In this document: positions 19,935 to 28,749 of the stretch, piece after piece
How the letters are laid out: each line of letters begins with the position of its first letter
Position numbering within the stretch: the stretch's first letter is position 1
From: Minisyncoccia bacterium
Lineage (GTDB): Bacteria; Patescibacteriota; Minisyncoccia; Phycocordibacterales; UBA918
Assembly: GCA_041750655.1 (NCBI GenBank)
Contig: JBGSYZ010000011.1
Coordinates: 65,794 to 129,793 of the forward strand
Reading direction: 5' to 3'
DNA: 64,000 nucleotides
Notes under the pieces: generated by a model
What the model was told of the DNA's origin: nothing
Database searches by the model: none
What the model saw: the letters and a program-made list of their open reading frames with translations, nothing else
Position numbers and translations under genes: made by a program

Positions 19935-20597
19935 TTATAATTCAAGGTTTTTGAAGGCAGCAGGGGCCAAATATGTGTGCCACTTTTTATAGAGTGTGGT
20001 GGTGGCAATGACGTCGCGAGTGTTGTAAGTGGCGATATCGTGGAACTTTTCCGTACGGAAAAGTTCCGCGACATCTTTACCGCTAACCCCTTCTTCTTTA
20101 GAGCTTTTAATCCCAAATGTCTCACAACACGCTCCGAGTGAAGGTTTTCTGCTCATGGCTCCATAGTAGGAAATTTGATCCTGTAAATCGACATGGAAAG
20201 CAGATTTTTGGCGCAGTAAGTAACGGTGTTCCATCAAGTCTTTGGTGAGTGGAATTTCATGAACAACAGAGCGAATATTTATAAACGGCACGTCAAATCC
20301 ACGGCCAGCGAAGGTCACAAACACATTATAGTCGCGGGCACCTGCCCAAAAATCTTCGAGCATTTGCTTTTCTGTTCTTTCTTTAAGTACAAATCCTTCA
20401 TAGGACATTTCAACACCATTACCGTCACCTTGGTAATACACCGCTCCTTGTTGACGTTCCAAGTCATACACGCCGATAGCTACTATTTGCCCAGTAAGTG
20501 GCGACAGCCCACGAGTATCTTGCTCTTCCGAATTGGTAGTTAAAAACGGCTCGTCAGAAAGAGGAGCCGTTTCAATGTCGAAAATAAGTGTTGCCAT
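19935..20597 (-). CDS. RNase-H-like 3'-5' exonuclease (PolB-exonuclease-like, DEDD-type)
   Basis: LIFDIETAP is the ExoI motif near the N-terminus. YNTRD and HxxxD-like elements lie further along. At 220 aa it is stand-alone. Confidence 0.5.
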   Translation of the reverse strand: MATLIFDIETAPLSDEPFLTTNSEEQDTRGLSPLTGQIVAIGVYDLERQQGAVYYQGDGNGVEMSYEGFVLKERTEKQMLEDFWAGARDYNVFVTFAGRGFDVPFINIRSVVHEIPLTKDLMEHRYLLRQKSAFHVDLQDQISYYGAMSRKPSLGACCETFGIKSSKEEGVSGKDVAELFRTEKFHDIATYNTRDVIATTTLYKKWHTYLAPAAFKNLEL

Positions 20598-20599
20598 AC

Positions 20600-21394
20600 C
20601 TAACCAGCCAAAATCGGCTGTTGTGGTTCACTCATAAAACAGCCGAGAATAAAGTTTTCATTAGACCGAAGGTTATATTGATACCCAGTCGCTGTCGTTT
20701 GTCCTCCACACGTATCTAATTCTGTATTTTCTGCAGGACCATAAATTGGATTACCATCAAATGCATAGCCGACCAACGTTGTCGCAGCATATCCTTTATA
20801 CAAAATTACATCGTTGTTGTGTATCAAACGACCGTCTTTTGTGACCCCAATATAACCACTAGTTAAACACGATGGTTCTGTGCGGAGAACTGGTCTCACC
20901 GGGAACTGCAGCAAAGTGACTGGTGGTTGCGCAACAGTACCAGAAGCTGTTTGTATAGCCGGCTTCTGTTCAACAACAACCCTCGCTCCTTCTCGCTCCA
21001 CTACACTCACTTCTTTGGGCCAATTAGCCGCTAATTGAGCTTCAAGAACAGTGGCATCACACCAAATTATTTCTCTATTTGTTGCATCATTATTTAAGTC
21101 TTCTTGGTCATTTTTCTCTTGATCAGTTTCTGCCACTACTGGCTCAGGTACGACAATCGTATCAACCCGCCTGGCCAACTCTTTTTTCATCATGGCCACA
21201 AATGAATCTCGACCTTCCTTTTGTGGGATAATTGCCGTTTCAGGAACCACTCCAGCACCCTCAGACACTGCCACATTAGCCGACAAGTTCATCGCTGGAG
21301 TTGAACCAGCGTGTAAATACATCTGGGCACTAGTAAAAAACAGCCCAATAAAAAGAAGTACAAAGGCAATAATTACATTACGGGTCCATCTCAT
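20600..21394 (-). CDS. hypothetical membrane-anchored/secreted protein (264 aa)
   Basis: N-terminal TM/signal. Gly/Tyr-rich C-terminal half. Confidence 0.35.
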   Translation of the reverse strand: MRWTRNVIIAFVLLFIGLFFTSAQMYLHAGSTPAMNLSANVAVSEGAGVVPETAIIPQKEGRDSFVAMMKKELARRVDTIVVPEPVVAETDQEKNDQEDLNNDATNREIIWCDATVLEAQLAANWPKEVSVVEREGARVVVEQKPAIQTASGTVAQPPVTLLQFPVRPVLRTEPSCLTSGYIGVTKDGRLIHNNDVILYKGYAATTLVGYAFDGNPIYGPAENTELDTCGGQTTATGYQYNLRSNENFILGCFMSEPQQPILAG

Positions 21395-21412
21395 AATTGG
21401 CTCTATTGTAGC

Positions 21413-21441
21413 AAAAAACCGGGCTAATCGCCCGGCTTTTT
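21413..21441. terminator. bidirectional intrinsic terminator (A-run, CCGGGC-TAATC-GCCCGG, T-run)
   Basis: Read directly. It lies at the left edge of the AT-rich island. Confidence 0.6.
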
Positions 21442-21458
21442 GCTACTAGGTGTTAAGA

Positions 21459-21551
21459 CTAGTAGTCGTCATCACTATAGTCATCGTCTTCTTCCACCTC
21501 TTCCTCGTCTTCAACTCCATCATCTGACATATCATCGAAAAGATACACCAT
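21459..21551 (-). CDS. unannotated 30-aa hyper-acidic peptide ending in Tyr: MVYLFDDMSDDGVEDEEEVEEDDDYSDDDY
   Basis: Translated by hand. Eighteen of the 30 residues are Asp/Glu and the C-terminal residue is Tyr. It is on the same strand as the ATP-grasp gene and 68 nt downstream of its stop. No strong SD is visible. Confidence 0.3.
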   Translation of the reverse strand: MVYLFDDMSDDGVEDEEEVEEDDDYSDDDY

Positions 21552-21619
21552 ACGAATTGTCTTATATTTATAAACTGTCCTAGTAGAGCTAGTCCAGTCC
21601 GTAAATTATATACCTGTTT

Positions 21620-22960
21620 TTAAGGTTGTGAAGGTGTCCTATTTATTTTTTTAACGGTCTTTTTGGTAGTTGAATTATTAGTATTTTTATTAGACATCTT
21701 AATATCTACCATTTTTTCTATTCGTCTAATGTCTGCCAAAAGTTTTGACCTCTCTTCATTATAGAGAAACAAATTAAAAATAGATTTACCACCATTTTTA
21801 GAATAATATGCTCGGTCACCAACTTTTTTATTTATGGTGATACTATGAAAAGACTCTACATCCTCTAATTTTTTTATGCCTTTCATTTCGGAAATAACCC
21901 CTTCACTTTCAGCAAACCACTTAATTGCACACGCGTAGCCTTTGCATTTTTTTGGAATGACTGGTTTCTTAGGAACCCGAACTAAGATATCATTTTTTAT
22001 ATGATCAATATCACAACTCAAACTATGTAATGTATGTCGAAATCCTCCCATGCGTGGTCCAACTTCAATAATTTTCCATTCATCATCAATCTTCATCAAC
22101 TCAGTGTGTGCAGTCACACTTCGAAGACCGAGCGCATGAATTGCTGTTTCAGCAGCTTTTTCAGCCATTTGCGCTGTTTCTTTTTTGAGCGCAGTGGGTG
22201 TCATTTGCTTATAATTATAAAAATCATCGTGACCTATATTTCTACCAGTCACTACTCGTACAAGTGGGCAATGATATACCTTTCCTCGACTATTGACATA
22301 GGAGTCAATCGAGTACATATCACCGTCCATATACTCTTCGGCAATAATTTTAGGTGTCTCCGTCCTGTTGCCACTTGCATACAAACCTTTAATCTTTCTA
22401 AACATTGTCTTAAGAGTTTTTTCAAGTTCTTCCTCATGATAACAAATAGATACTAACAGACTAGCACCTAAATTTGTTGGTTTTACTATCATTGGAAACT
22501 TAACTTTTTCGGCGACACGTTTCCTTTCTTTTTTTGAATTTTCTTTAACCCAAGTAAATCTGGGAGTATTTTTTTTGTCGAATAAATTAAAACGCTTTCT
22601 CATCTCATACTTATCAGTTGCCCAGCGTAACGACTCAGTTGAGGGTGTCCTTAGGTATGGAACATGTGGAATTATATCAGCAAAACGAGTTATATGATCA
22701 TCAGAGCCACACGTTATAGTCAATAGATTATCTTGATAAGGCATCAAGGCTGAAGCTATTTTCCACGGTTTTGAAAAATCAAACTCAAGTACAGTAGCGA
22801 TTTTATCGTATTTACTATTTCTTCTAATACGTGAGTCCCACAGGAGTATAGGCTTTATCGGAACCCCAATCTCAGCAGAAAGAACTTCCAGACTACGTAA
22901 AGTCCCTGGAGGCATCATCATTACAAAAGCTACAAGGTTTTTAATTTGTTTTTTACTCAT
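21620..22960 (-). CDS. ATP-grasp ligase (RimK / alpha-L-glutamate-ligase-related; TTL-like fold) with about 150-aa N-terminal extension
   Basis: ATP-grasp motifs FPMIVKPTNLGAS, IAEEYMDGDMYSIDSYV and HTELMKIDDEWKIIEVGPRMGG. The gene is visibly AT-rich compared with its flanks. Confidence 0.75.
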   Translation of the reverse strand: MSKKQIKNLVAFVMMMPPGTLRSLEVLSAEIGVPIKPILLWDSRIRRNSKYDKIATVLEFDFSKPWKIASALMPYQDNLLTITCGSDDHITRFADIIPHVPYLRTPSTESLRWATDKYEMRKRFNLFDKKNTPRFTWVKENSKKERKRVAEKVKFPMIVKPTNLGASLLVSICYHEEELEKTLKTMFRKIKGLYASGNRTETPKIIAEEYMDGDMYSIDSYVNSRGKVYHCPLVRVVTGRNIGHDDFYNYKQMTPTALKKETAQMAEKAAETAIHALGLRSVTAHTELMKIDDEWKIIEVGPRMGGFRHTLHSLSCDIDHIKNDILVRVPKKPVIPKKCKGYACAIKWFAESEGVISEMKGIKKLEDVESFHSITINKKVGDRAYYSKNGGKSIFNLFLYNEERSKLLADIRRIEKMVDIKMSNKNTNNSTTKKTVKKINRTPSQP

Positions 22961-23133
22961 ACGTGAGATGATAATATTGACCTAGAATTAAACAACATAC
23001 TACATAAACTAGACTTTATTGCAAACCAACACAATTATGCATAAAAACAATTCTTGACAGAATATTTGGAGAAATATTTATCAACTATTATGCTACACTA
23101 ACAAAATTCAATATAAATCGGTTACACACAGCT

Positions 23134-23874
23134 ATGATAATAAAGTATCCAAATAAAATTGCTTGGCGAAAGCGAATCATGGAGGGTGAAAATTTTTTTA
23201 AAGGGAAGAAACAAGTTCGCCTTACTAAACTTCTTGGTAACCTTGATGCATACACGATTACACATCGTTTTACAGTACCTGACGAAAAATTTTTTGAATG
23301 GTTTTGTCCTGAATATGAAAAAATGATTAGTGCTAAAGATAACGCGCTTAACATCAATGTTAAGAATTACAGTATTCAAGATGACAATAAACCAGCAAAA
23401 CGAATGGCTTTGGAAATTTATAATAATGACATTCTGATAGGTGCTACACTATTTTTCGATTGTCGTTTATCCGCGAACATTGCTTTTAAAACATACAAAA
23501 ATAAATGGAACATCGTTGGTCCGCAAATTGGACCGTCTCTGTATAGTGAGTATTTAATATACGAATGGGCTAAAGAGCATAATAAGAAATTTGTATCTCT
23601 TGGTGTAGATAGAAATCCATATGGTCCAAACGCAAGTATTGGCTTAGCTTCATACAAGTTGTCTGCTGGGTATTATCCCAAACAACCGAAAAAATGTGTT
23701 TTACTAGAAATGGACACTGACACCATTTTTTCTGATACTCTAATATTTAGTACAAATGACACTGAAAAAAAACAAATTTTGAAAGCTACACTTATTACTA
23801 CTAACCCAAAAAATTATGAACTTTTGTTAAAGCAGAGTAAAAATATTATCCAAATTGATACACTAGCATTATAG
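23134..23874 (+). CDS. hypothetical protein (246 aa), weak GNAT/FemAB-like resemblance
   Basis: It is divergent from the ATP-grasp gene. Its 3' end overlaps the convergent metallopeptidase gene by 6 nt. YEWAKEHNKKFVSLGVDRNPYG resembles a GNAT motif-A region. Speculative. Confidence 0.35.
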   Translation: MIIKYPNKIAWRKRIMEGENFFKGKKQVRLTKLLGNLDAYTITHRFTVPDEKFFEWFCPEYEKMISAKDNALNINVKNYSIQDDNKPAKRMALEIYNNDILIGATLFFDCRLSANIAFKTYKNKWNIVGPQIGPSLYSEYLIYEWAKEHNKKFVSLGVDRNPYGPNASIGLASYKLSAGYYPKQPKKCVLLEMDTDTIFSDTLIFSTNDTEKKQILKATLITTNPKNYELLLKQSKNIIQIDTLAL

Positions 23875-25179
23875 ATTTGGAATTATACCAAGCTCAATCA
23901 TCGCTGTGGTATGCAATTGATTTGTTGGATCAAATTTCCCCACTAATAAATACTTCAACCATTCATGATTATTTTTTAATAACGAGTGAACAGCAATGTT
24001 TCCATCACGATAACTACATTGTAATGTTAAAAATGCACCTGGGATTTTTCCATCAGTACCTTTGAACAAGTGCGCACAAACACCAAATGCAACGTTCTTT
24101 GCATTCACCTTTTCATTACTAAAGTAAATAGTATAAAAATCAAGCATAATTTCGAAAACCTCTCTGAAAGTTCTAGGTATGCCGCCCCGATCTAGTCCCA
24201 TAGCAATCCCAGCAGCAAAATAGGATTTGCCATTGGAATAATCATTCGCTCCCTTAACCAATTGTTCACGATATGTAGCAACGCCCTCTTCCCCTTTTAG
24301 ATACGCATGCAAACCCACTGACAAAAGCTTTAGTTTCGAGGATAGACCATTTTCATATCTCAAAATATGAGTCAACTCATGAGTAATTAAAGCATCAATA
24401 TTTCGACTCGTTAAAACACTTTCGGCTCTTCTTGAACTTAATGCTGTATCGTTTGGAATAATGACTCTTTTTGTGTTTGTTTTAACTACAAAATTTGATC
24501 GGCTCTTATGCCCATCAACTAGGCGCCATTGTGTCAAACCTAATTTTTCAAAAGCTTCATAAAAACGCTTTTTGATTTCATTTCTATCAGTCACCAAATT
24601 ACCTTCATCTGGGATCGAAGGTCTAATATTTAGATTATTAATAGTGCTAGCTGGTACTGTGTCAAAAATACTTCTTAGCCTGTAATATGCTTCTTTATTT
24701 CGTATTGAAAGTGGCGCAATAGTGAGTCTTTCAGCTAAGACAGTACATGAATGATAAAAGGTGTCTGGTTTTATTTTACCAAAGACTTCATTTGATAACT
24801 CTGTGAACGATTCAGCATACTTTTGTTTATCATTCTCCGCACTTATAAGTAACGCTGAGTTTCTCACTAAATTTATCAGCATTACTTTTTCGTCAATCTT
24901 TTTAAAGTATAAATTTTTAACAATTGGAATCGTATCTGAGCAGGATGCAATGTCTGATCTAAGTTGCTCTAATGTATCTAATTTGTATGAAAAATTACTG
25001 TCCTCAATATTATGGTATTTAAAATCCGGACCGACGCCCGTCCCATTTAAAAAGGCTTCTCTTGTAGAGTTATAATCATACAAAGTGAAGCGCGCAGGAA
25101 CACCGTCCTGAATTTTATGCAAACGCTCAAACCATTTTTCATCAAACGCTTCAGATGGTGTTTGGTTTGTTAGATTCAC
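23869..25179 (-). CDS. DUF1704 / MATCAP-like putative zinc metallopeptidase (QEGLA-motif family)
   Basis: HExxH in ITHELTHIL. A Glu-containing GEEGVA (QEGLA-like) motif lies about 25 aa downstream, consistent with the third zinc ligand of a gluzincin. Members of this family are typically paired with RimK-like ATP-grasp genes. Confidence 0.6.
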   Translation of the reverse strand: MNLTNQTPSEAFDEKWFERLHKIQDGVPARFTLYDYNSTREAFLNGTGVGPDFKYHNIEDSNFSYKLDTLEQLRSDIASCSDTIPIVKNLYFKKIDEKVMLINLVRNSALLISAENDKQKYAESFTELSNEVFGKIKPDTFYHSCTVLAERLTIAPLSIRNKEAYYRLRSIFDTVPASTINNLNIRPSIPDEGNLVTDRNEIKKRFYEAFEKLGLTQWRLVDGHKSRSNFVVKTNTKRVIIPNDTALSSRRAESVLTSRNIDALITHELTHILRYENGLSSKLKLLSVGLHAYLKGEEGVATYREQLVKGANDYSNGKSYFAAGIAMGLDRGGIPRTFREVFEIMLDFYTIYFSNEKVNAKNVAFGVCAHLFKGTDGKIPGAFLTLQCSYRDGNIAVHSLLKNNHEWLKYLLVGKFDPTNQLHTTAMIELGIIPNL

Positions 25180-25181
25180 AA

Positions 25182-25856
25182 TTAAAAACTAAATTCAACA
25201 TCGGTAGCAGCAGTGGCCTCTACCTCATCTGGTGCTGTTACGCCTATAGCGACTTCAATTTGTTTCTTAAAATCATCAAAGGTAGTAATTTCTATTTTTT
25301 CACCATTTAAGTAAAATGTTGGGGTGGCACTAATTTTAAGAACTCGTCCTTCGCGCATATCATTTTGAACCGCCTCCCGTACGACTGATGAATTAACATC
25401 ACGGTTAAATTTGTCTACATCAAGACCCAGCTCTTCAGCATAGCTGGAAAATAGATTTTTAGGATTGATATTTTGACTCCAATTTTTTTGACGTTCAAAT
25501 AGAATATCGTGCATTTCCCAAAACTTTCCTTGTACTCCAGCCGCTTCAGCTACACGAGCGGCTAATTCTGCGCTAGGGTGAATTGAGATAAGCGGAAAAT
25601 GATGGTACTCAAATCGAATCTGATCCCCATACTCATCAATAATATTGCTAACCACCGGTTCAAACTGCCCACATGCCGGACACTGAAAATCACTGTGTTC
25701 TGATAACACTACAGTTGCTTCAGGATTGCCCTTTACTTTTTCTTGTAGAGTGATGACTTCATCTGTTCCTCCACCTTTCACATTTGAATACACTAAAGCC
25801 CCGCCCAGCAGAACAATAAAAGAAACAGCAATAATAACCAGTGATGATTTTTCCAT
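25182..25856 (-). CDS. DsbA-family thiol:disulfide oxidoreductase (thioredoxin fold), membrane-anchored
   Basis: CxxC active site in FQCPACGQF. Thioredoxin-like layout with an N-terminal TM helix. Confidence 0.7.
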   Translation of the reverse strand: MEKSSLVIIAVSFIVLLGGALVYSNVKGGGTDEVITLQEKVKGNPEATVVLSEHSDFQCPACGQFEPVVSNIIDEYGDQIRFEYHHFPLISIHPSAELAARVAEAAGVQGKFWEMHDILFERQKNWSQNINPKNLFSSYAEELGLDVDKFNRDVNSSVVREAVQNDMREGRVLKISATPTFYLNGEKIEITTFDDFKKQIEVAIGVTAPDEVEATAATDVEFSF

Positions 25857-25927
25857 AAAACTCCGTTATATCGTTAATCCCATTACTATACCAAACCCGG
25901 TCGCGTTTCTGAAGTATTTGGGTATAC

Positions 25928-26290
25928 TTGCTGTATATGTCAGGAATAAGCGCAGTAGTGAGAAAGTTTATGTACAGCGTCAAAGGTGTAATACACGCTA
26001 CCGTAAACGATACTGGTTTCCGAGCTCAGTTGTTAGTTGGTATACCGGGTTTGGTGATTGTTTGGTATTTGGCCCGCCCTTTATCCGAAATTGATATAGT
26101 TTTAATTACCTTAGCTACCATGCTAGTACTTATAACTGAATTGCAAAATTCAGCCTTTGAAAGTGCTCTTAATCACCTTCACCCTGAAAAACACCATAAT
26201 ATAGGCCACAGTAAAGATATGGCGGCGGGAGCCGTCCTGTTATCCGCTGTTTTTGCTTTATTAATTGCTGTGGTGGTTGTTTGGTTTTAA
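25928..26290 (+). CDS. dgkA: diacylglycerol kinase / undecaprenol kinase family (DgkA-like)
   Basis: 120 aa with 3 TM. ELQNSAFES matches the prokaryotic DAGK E-x-x-NSA-I/F-E motif. Confidence 0.65.
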   Translation: MLYMSGISAVVRKFMYSVKGVIHATVNDTGFRAQLLVGIPGLVIVWYLARPLSEIDIVLITLATMLVLITELQNSAFESALNHLHPEKHHNIGHSKDMAAGAVLLSAVFALLIAVVVVWF

Positions 26291-26402
26291 GTCTTTTTGC
26301 TATTGTGTTATTCCCTAGATATGCTTTAATTCTCTGCAAGACCGGCGCCTCCTAAGTTTAGTCGATTTGGTGGTAGGTTAGTTAACAATAAAAATCAATC
26401 CA

Positions 26403-26600
26403 ATGACAGGAACTATCGCACGACTGAAGGATCAGGGTTTTGGCTTTATCAAGCCAGCTGAAGGAGATAAAGATATCTTCTTTCACGCTAACTCTCTTCA
26501 AGGCGTAACTTTCGAGGAACTCCAAGAAGGTGATGCAGTGTCTTTTGAAGTTGAACAAACTGAAAAAGGACAGAACGCTACAAACGTTCAACGAGCATAA
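26403..26600 (+). CDS. cspA: cold-shock protein (CspA family)
   Basis: GTIARLKDQGFGFIKPAEGDKDIFFHANSL contains the RNP-1/RNP-2 cold-shock-domain motifs. A long 5' leader (about 110 nt) lies upstream. Confidence 0.9.
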   Translation: MTGTIARLKDQGFGFIKPAEGDKDIFFHANSLQGVTFEELQEGDAVSFEVEQTEKGQNATNVQRA

Positions 26601-26625
26601 GCTTTACGCTAACTCGGACCAATAC

Positions 26626-26656
26626 AAGAAGCGCGGGCTACGCCCGCGCTTCTTTT
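26626..26656 (+). terminator. Rho-independent terminator after cspA
   Basis: AAGAAGCGCGGGCTACGCCCGCGCTTCTT followed by TTTT. Confidence 0.7.
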
Positions 26657-26679
26657 ATTGTTTATACATTGTATATTTA

Positions 26680-27207
26680 TTATCTATCTCCTTGTATTCT
26701 TTTTAAACCATTCATTTTGTGCACACCTCGATGTTCACCAAATCTGCCTGTATGCTCACCTCGCTCAATTCCAAGTTCGGTCATTATAGCGTGTGCTTCT
26801 TCAAACTTACCTTCTGCCATTAATTCATGTGCTTCCACAAACTTAGTAAACTCTTCCTTGGTGGTAATGTGTTCGGCTAAAGGGCTATCAACAATAGCTG
26901 TCTTGAAGGCTTCATAGTCGTTATTCTCAACAGCGTCCTTAATAGCGTCTCGCATTTCCATACGATACTTATGCATGGCACTACGGATTTCGTGCATAGT
27001 CTTTTTGTCAATATCAGCCTCTTCCAACACTGTTCTTGCTGCATCAAAATCACCAGACTCTCGCAGCTCATGAGACTCTTCCAAGGCCTCTATTTGGCTC
27101 GTGGTTAAGTTAACGTTTATTTTATCTAATATATCGCCGTTAAAGGCACTGACCCCGGTAGCGCTTACCATGAAGGCAGCCATGGGAATCATAATGTGTT
27201 TTATCAT
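26680..27207 (-). CDS. secreted alpha-helical protein (175 aa), hypothetical
   Basis: Signal peptide, then a charged helical body. A periplasmic stress/chaperone-like role (Spy/CpxP-type) is conceivable, but I see no clear motif. Confidence 0.35.
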   Translation of the reverse strand: MIKHIMIPMAAFMVSATGVSAFNGDILDKINVNLTTSQIEALEESHELRESGDFDAARTVLEEADIDKKTMHEIRSAMHKYRMEMRDAIKDAVENNDYEAFKTAIVDSPLAEHITTKEEFTKFVEAHELMAEGKFEEAHAIMTELGIERGEHTGRFGEHRGVHKMNGLKRIQGDR

Positions 27208-27366
27208 GTGTTGAATATATTTAAGCGTTAAGTAATTTTATAATTGCACAATATAGTTTGGTGAGGCCGTTAGGGCAGAGTAGGTACATGGTCTTGTAGA
27301 TAAACATGTGAGATGTCCTAGCACGCCCCTGGTCTCGTTATTTATTACAAACGTTACCAAGTTTTA

Positions 27367-28122
27367 TTACAATTTAGATTCTAACTCATCTTCCTCTTTG
27401 AATATTTTTTTCTCAATTCTTTCTATTGGTCTAAACATCTTCCTTAAAAATGGCTTTACCCCGAAAGCTTGAATTTCGTTATTAGTTATTGGGCCATAGA
27501 CTATCACTTGATCACCAACCTGAAATACAAAGTTGTTTGGCTTTTTGGTGGACTCAGTAACAATCACGCTTAATTCCCCTTTCACTCGCTCGTCTAAAAG
27601 AAAGCCATTTTCATTAATAATCTCAATTTCACCAATATTAATTCGCTCATTTGGTGTAATTCCGTAACCTTTATATACACCACCAACTATTGGTAAACGA
27701 CTTTCGACGGAACGCTGCATAACCAAGTCATGAAGACCGGTTTGAGAAACTATAAACGTCCCTAATATTGTGAACCCAACTATCCCAAACAGTGTATACA
27801 TTAATGGCTTACGATAACCGAACGAGTATCGGTTAACTAATACTTCAAGCAATAGTATAAAGACTGCTGCAATCAAGATAAGAAGCCATGGTAGTGCGAA
27901 CAAAAATTCAACCAAGCCTTGAAAACCAAAAGCAGGAATCATGATAATACCCGAGGTAGCTAGTGCAAAAACTATAAAACTAACCAAATATACTAACCAC
28001 AGCGTGAGAATACATATACCAACTATGGCTAGAAAACTTTTTAAAACAAAGTGCCATCGGGGTCGCATCGCCACGTCTCCGTGTTTAATTTTATTTAAAA
28101 CTGTTTCTTTTACATTATTCAT
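27367..28122 (-). CDS. membrane protein, candidate anti-sigma factor partner of the upstream ECF sigma
   Basis: It overlaps the sigma factor gene by 8 nt on the same strand. It has a short cytoplasmic N-terminus, about 4 TM helices and an extracytoplasmic C-terminal domain. The role is assigned by context only. Confidence 0.4.
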   Translation of the reverse strand: MNNVKETVLNKIKHGDVAMRPRWHFVLKSFLAIVGICILTLWLVYLVSFIVFALATSGIIMIPAFGFQGLVEFLFALPWLLILIAAVFILLLEVLVNRYSFGYRKPLMYTLFGIVGFTILGTFIVSQTGLHDLVMQRSVESRLPIVGGVYKGYGITPNERINIGEIEIINENGFLLDERVKGELSVIVTESTKKPNNFVFQVGDQVIVYGPITNNEIQAFGVKPFLRKMFRPIERIEKKIFKEEDELESKL

Positions 28123-28672
28123 AGTGTTTTTTAGTATACAAATGTTTTAATTTTTCTTTTCCTCGATTAATTCGAACACCGACCGTCGTAACCGGGATAT
28201 GAAGTACTTCAGCAATGTCTTGATAGCTTAACTCTTCATAAAAAAACAACACCAGCGGTTCACGATACTTACCATCAAGTTCAATTAAAAACTCTTCCAT
28301 TATTTTTTTAAGTTCCGCTTGCTCGGTGGGGCCGTCAGTGGTCTCGGAAGAAACAACAAACGGTAAAATAGTATCTGGATCAAAAAAGCCAAGTGGTTGG
28401 CGTGTCTTTTTCCGCAACTCGTTTACAAACTCATTATGAGCGATGCGATATATCCAGGGCGAAAAACGCTGAGTGGCATCAAATGATTGAATGTGGGTGT
28501 AGGCCTTAATAAAAACCTCTTGTACTATGTCTTCGACATCCTCCTTGGTGTTAAGGAACTTACGGCCGTACCGTTTAAGCTTATCTTCATAACGCTCAAT
28601 CAAAAAACCGAACGCATCCGAGTCGCCAGCCTGTACGTGTATGGCAATCGTCTCATCCGATTCTTGCTGCAT
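28115..28672 (-). CDS. RNA polymerase ECF-type sigma-70 factor (sigma-24/RpoE-like)
   Basis: Region 2 (DIVQEVFIKAYTHIQSFD...FSPWIYRIAHNEFVNELRK) and region 4 HTH (LSYQDIAEVLHIPVTTVGVRINRGKEKLK). Confidence 0.85.
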   Translation of the reverse strand: MQQESDETIAIHVQAGDSDAFGFLIERYEDKLKRYGRKFLNTKEDVEDIVQEVFIKAYTHIQSFDATQRFSPWIYRIAHNEFVNELRKKTRQPLGFFDPDTILPFVVSSETTDGPTEQAELKKIMEEFLIELDGKYREPLVLFFYEELSYQDIAEVLHIPVTTVGVRINRGKEKLKHLYTKKHYE

Positions 28673-28749
28673 TTACTAATAATACATCTAAAATTAACTT
28701 TTATTACAAAAAAGCCCGGCGCCAAAGGCGCCGGGCCACACCCCTCTAA

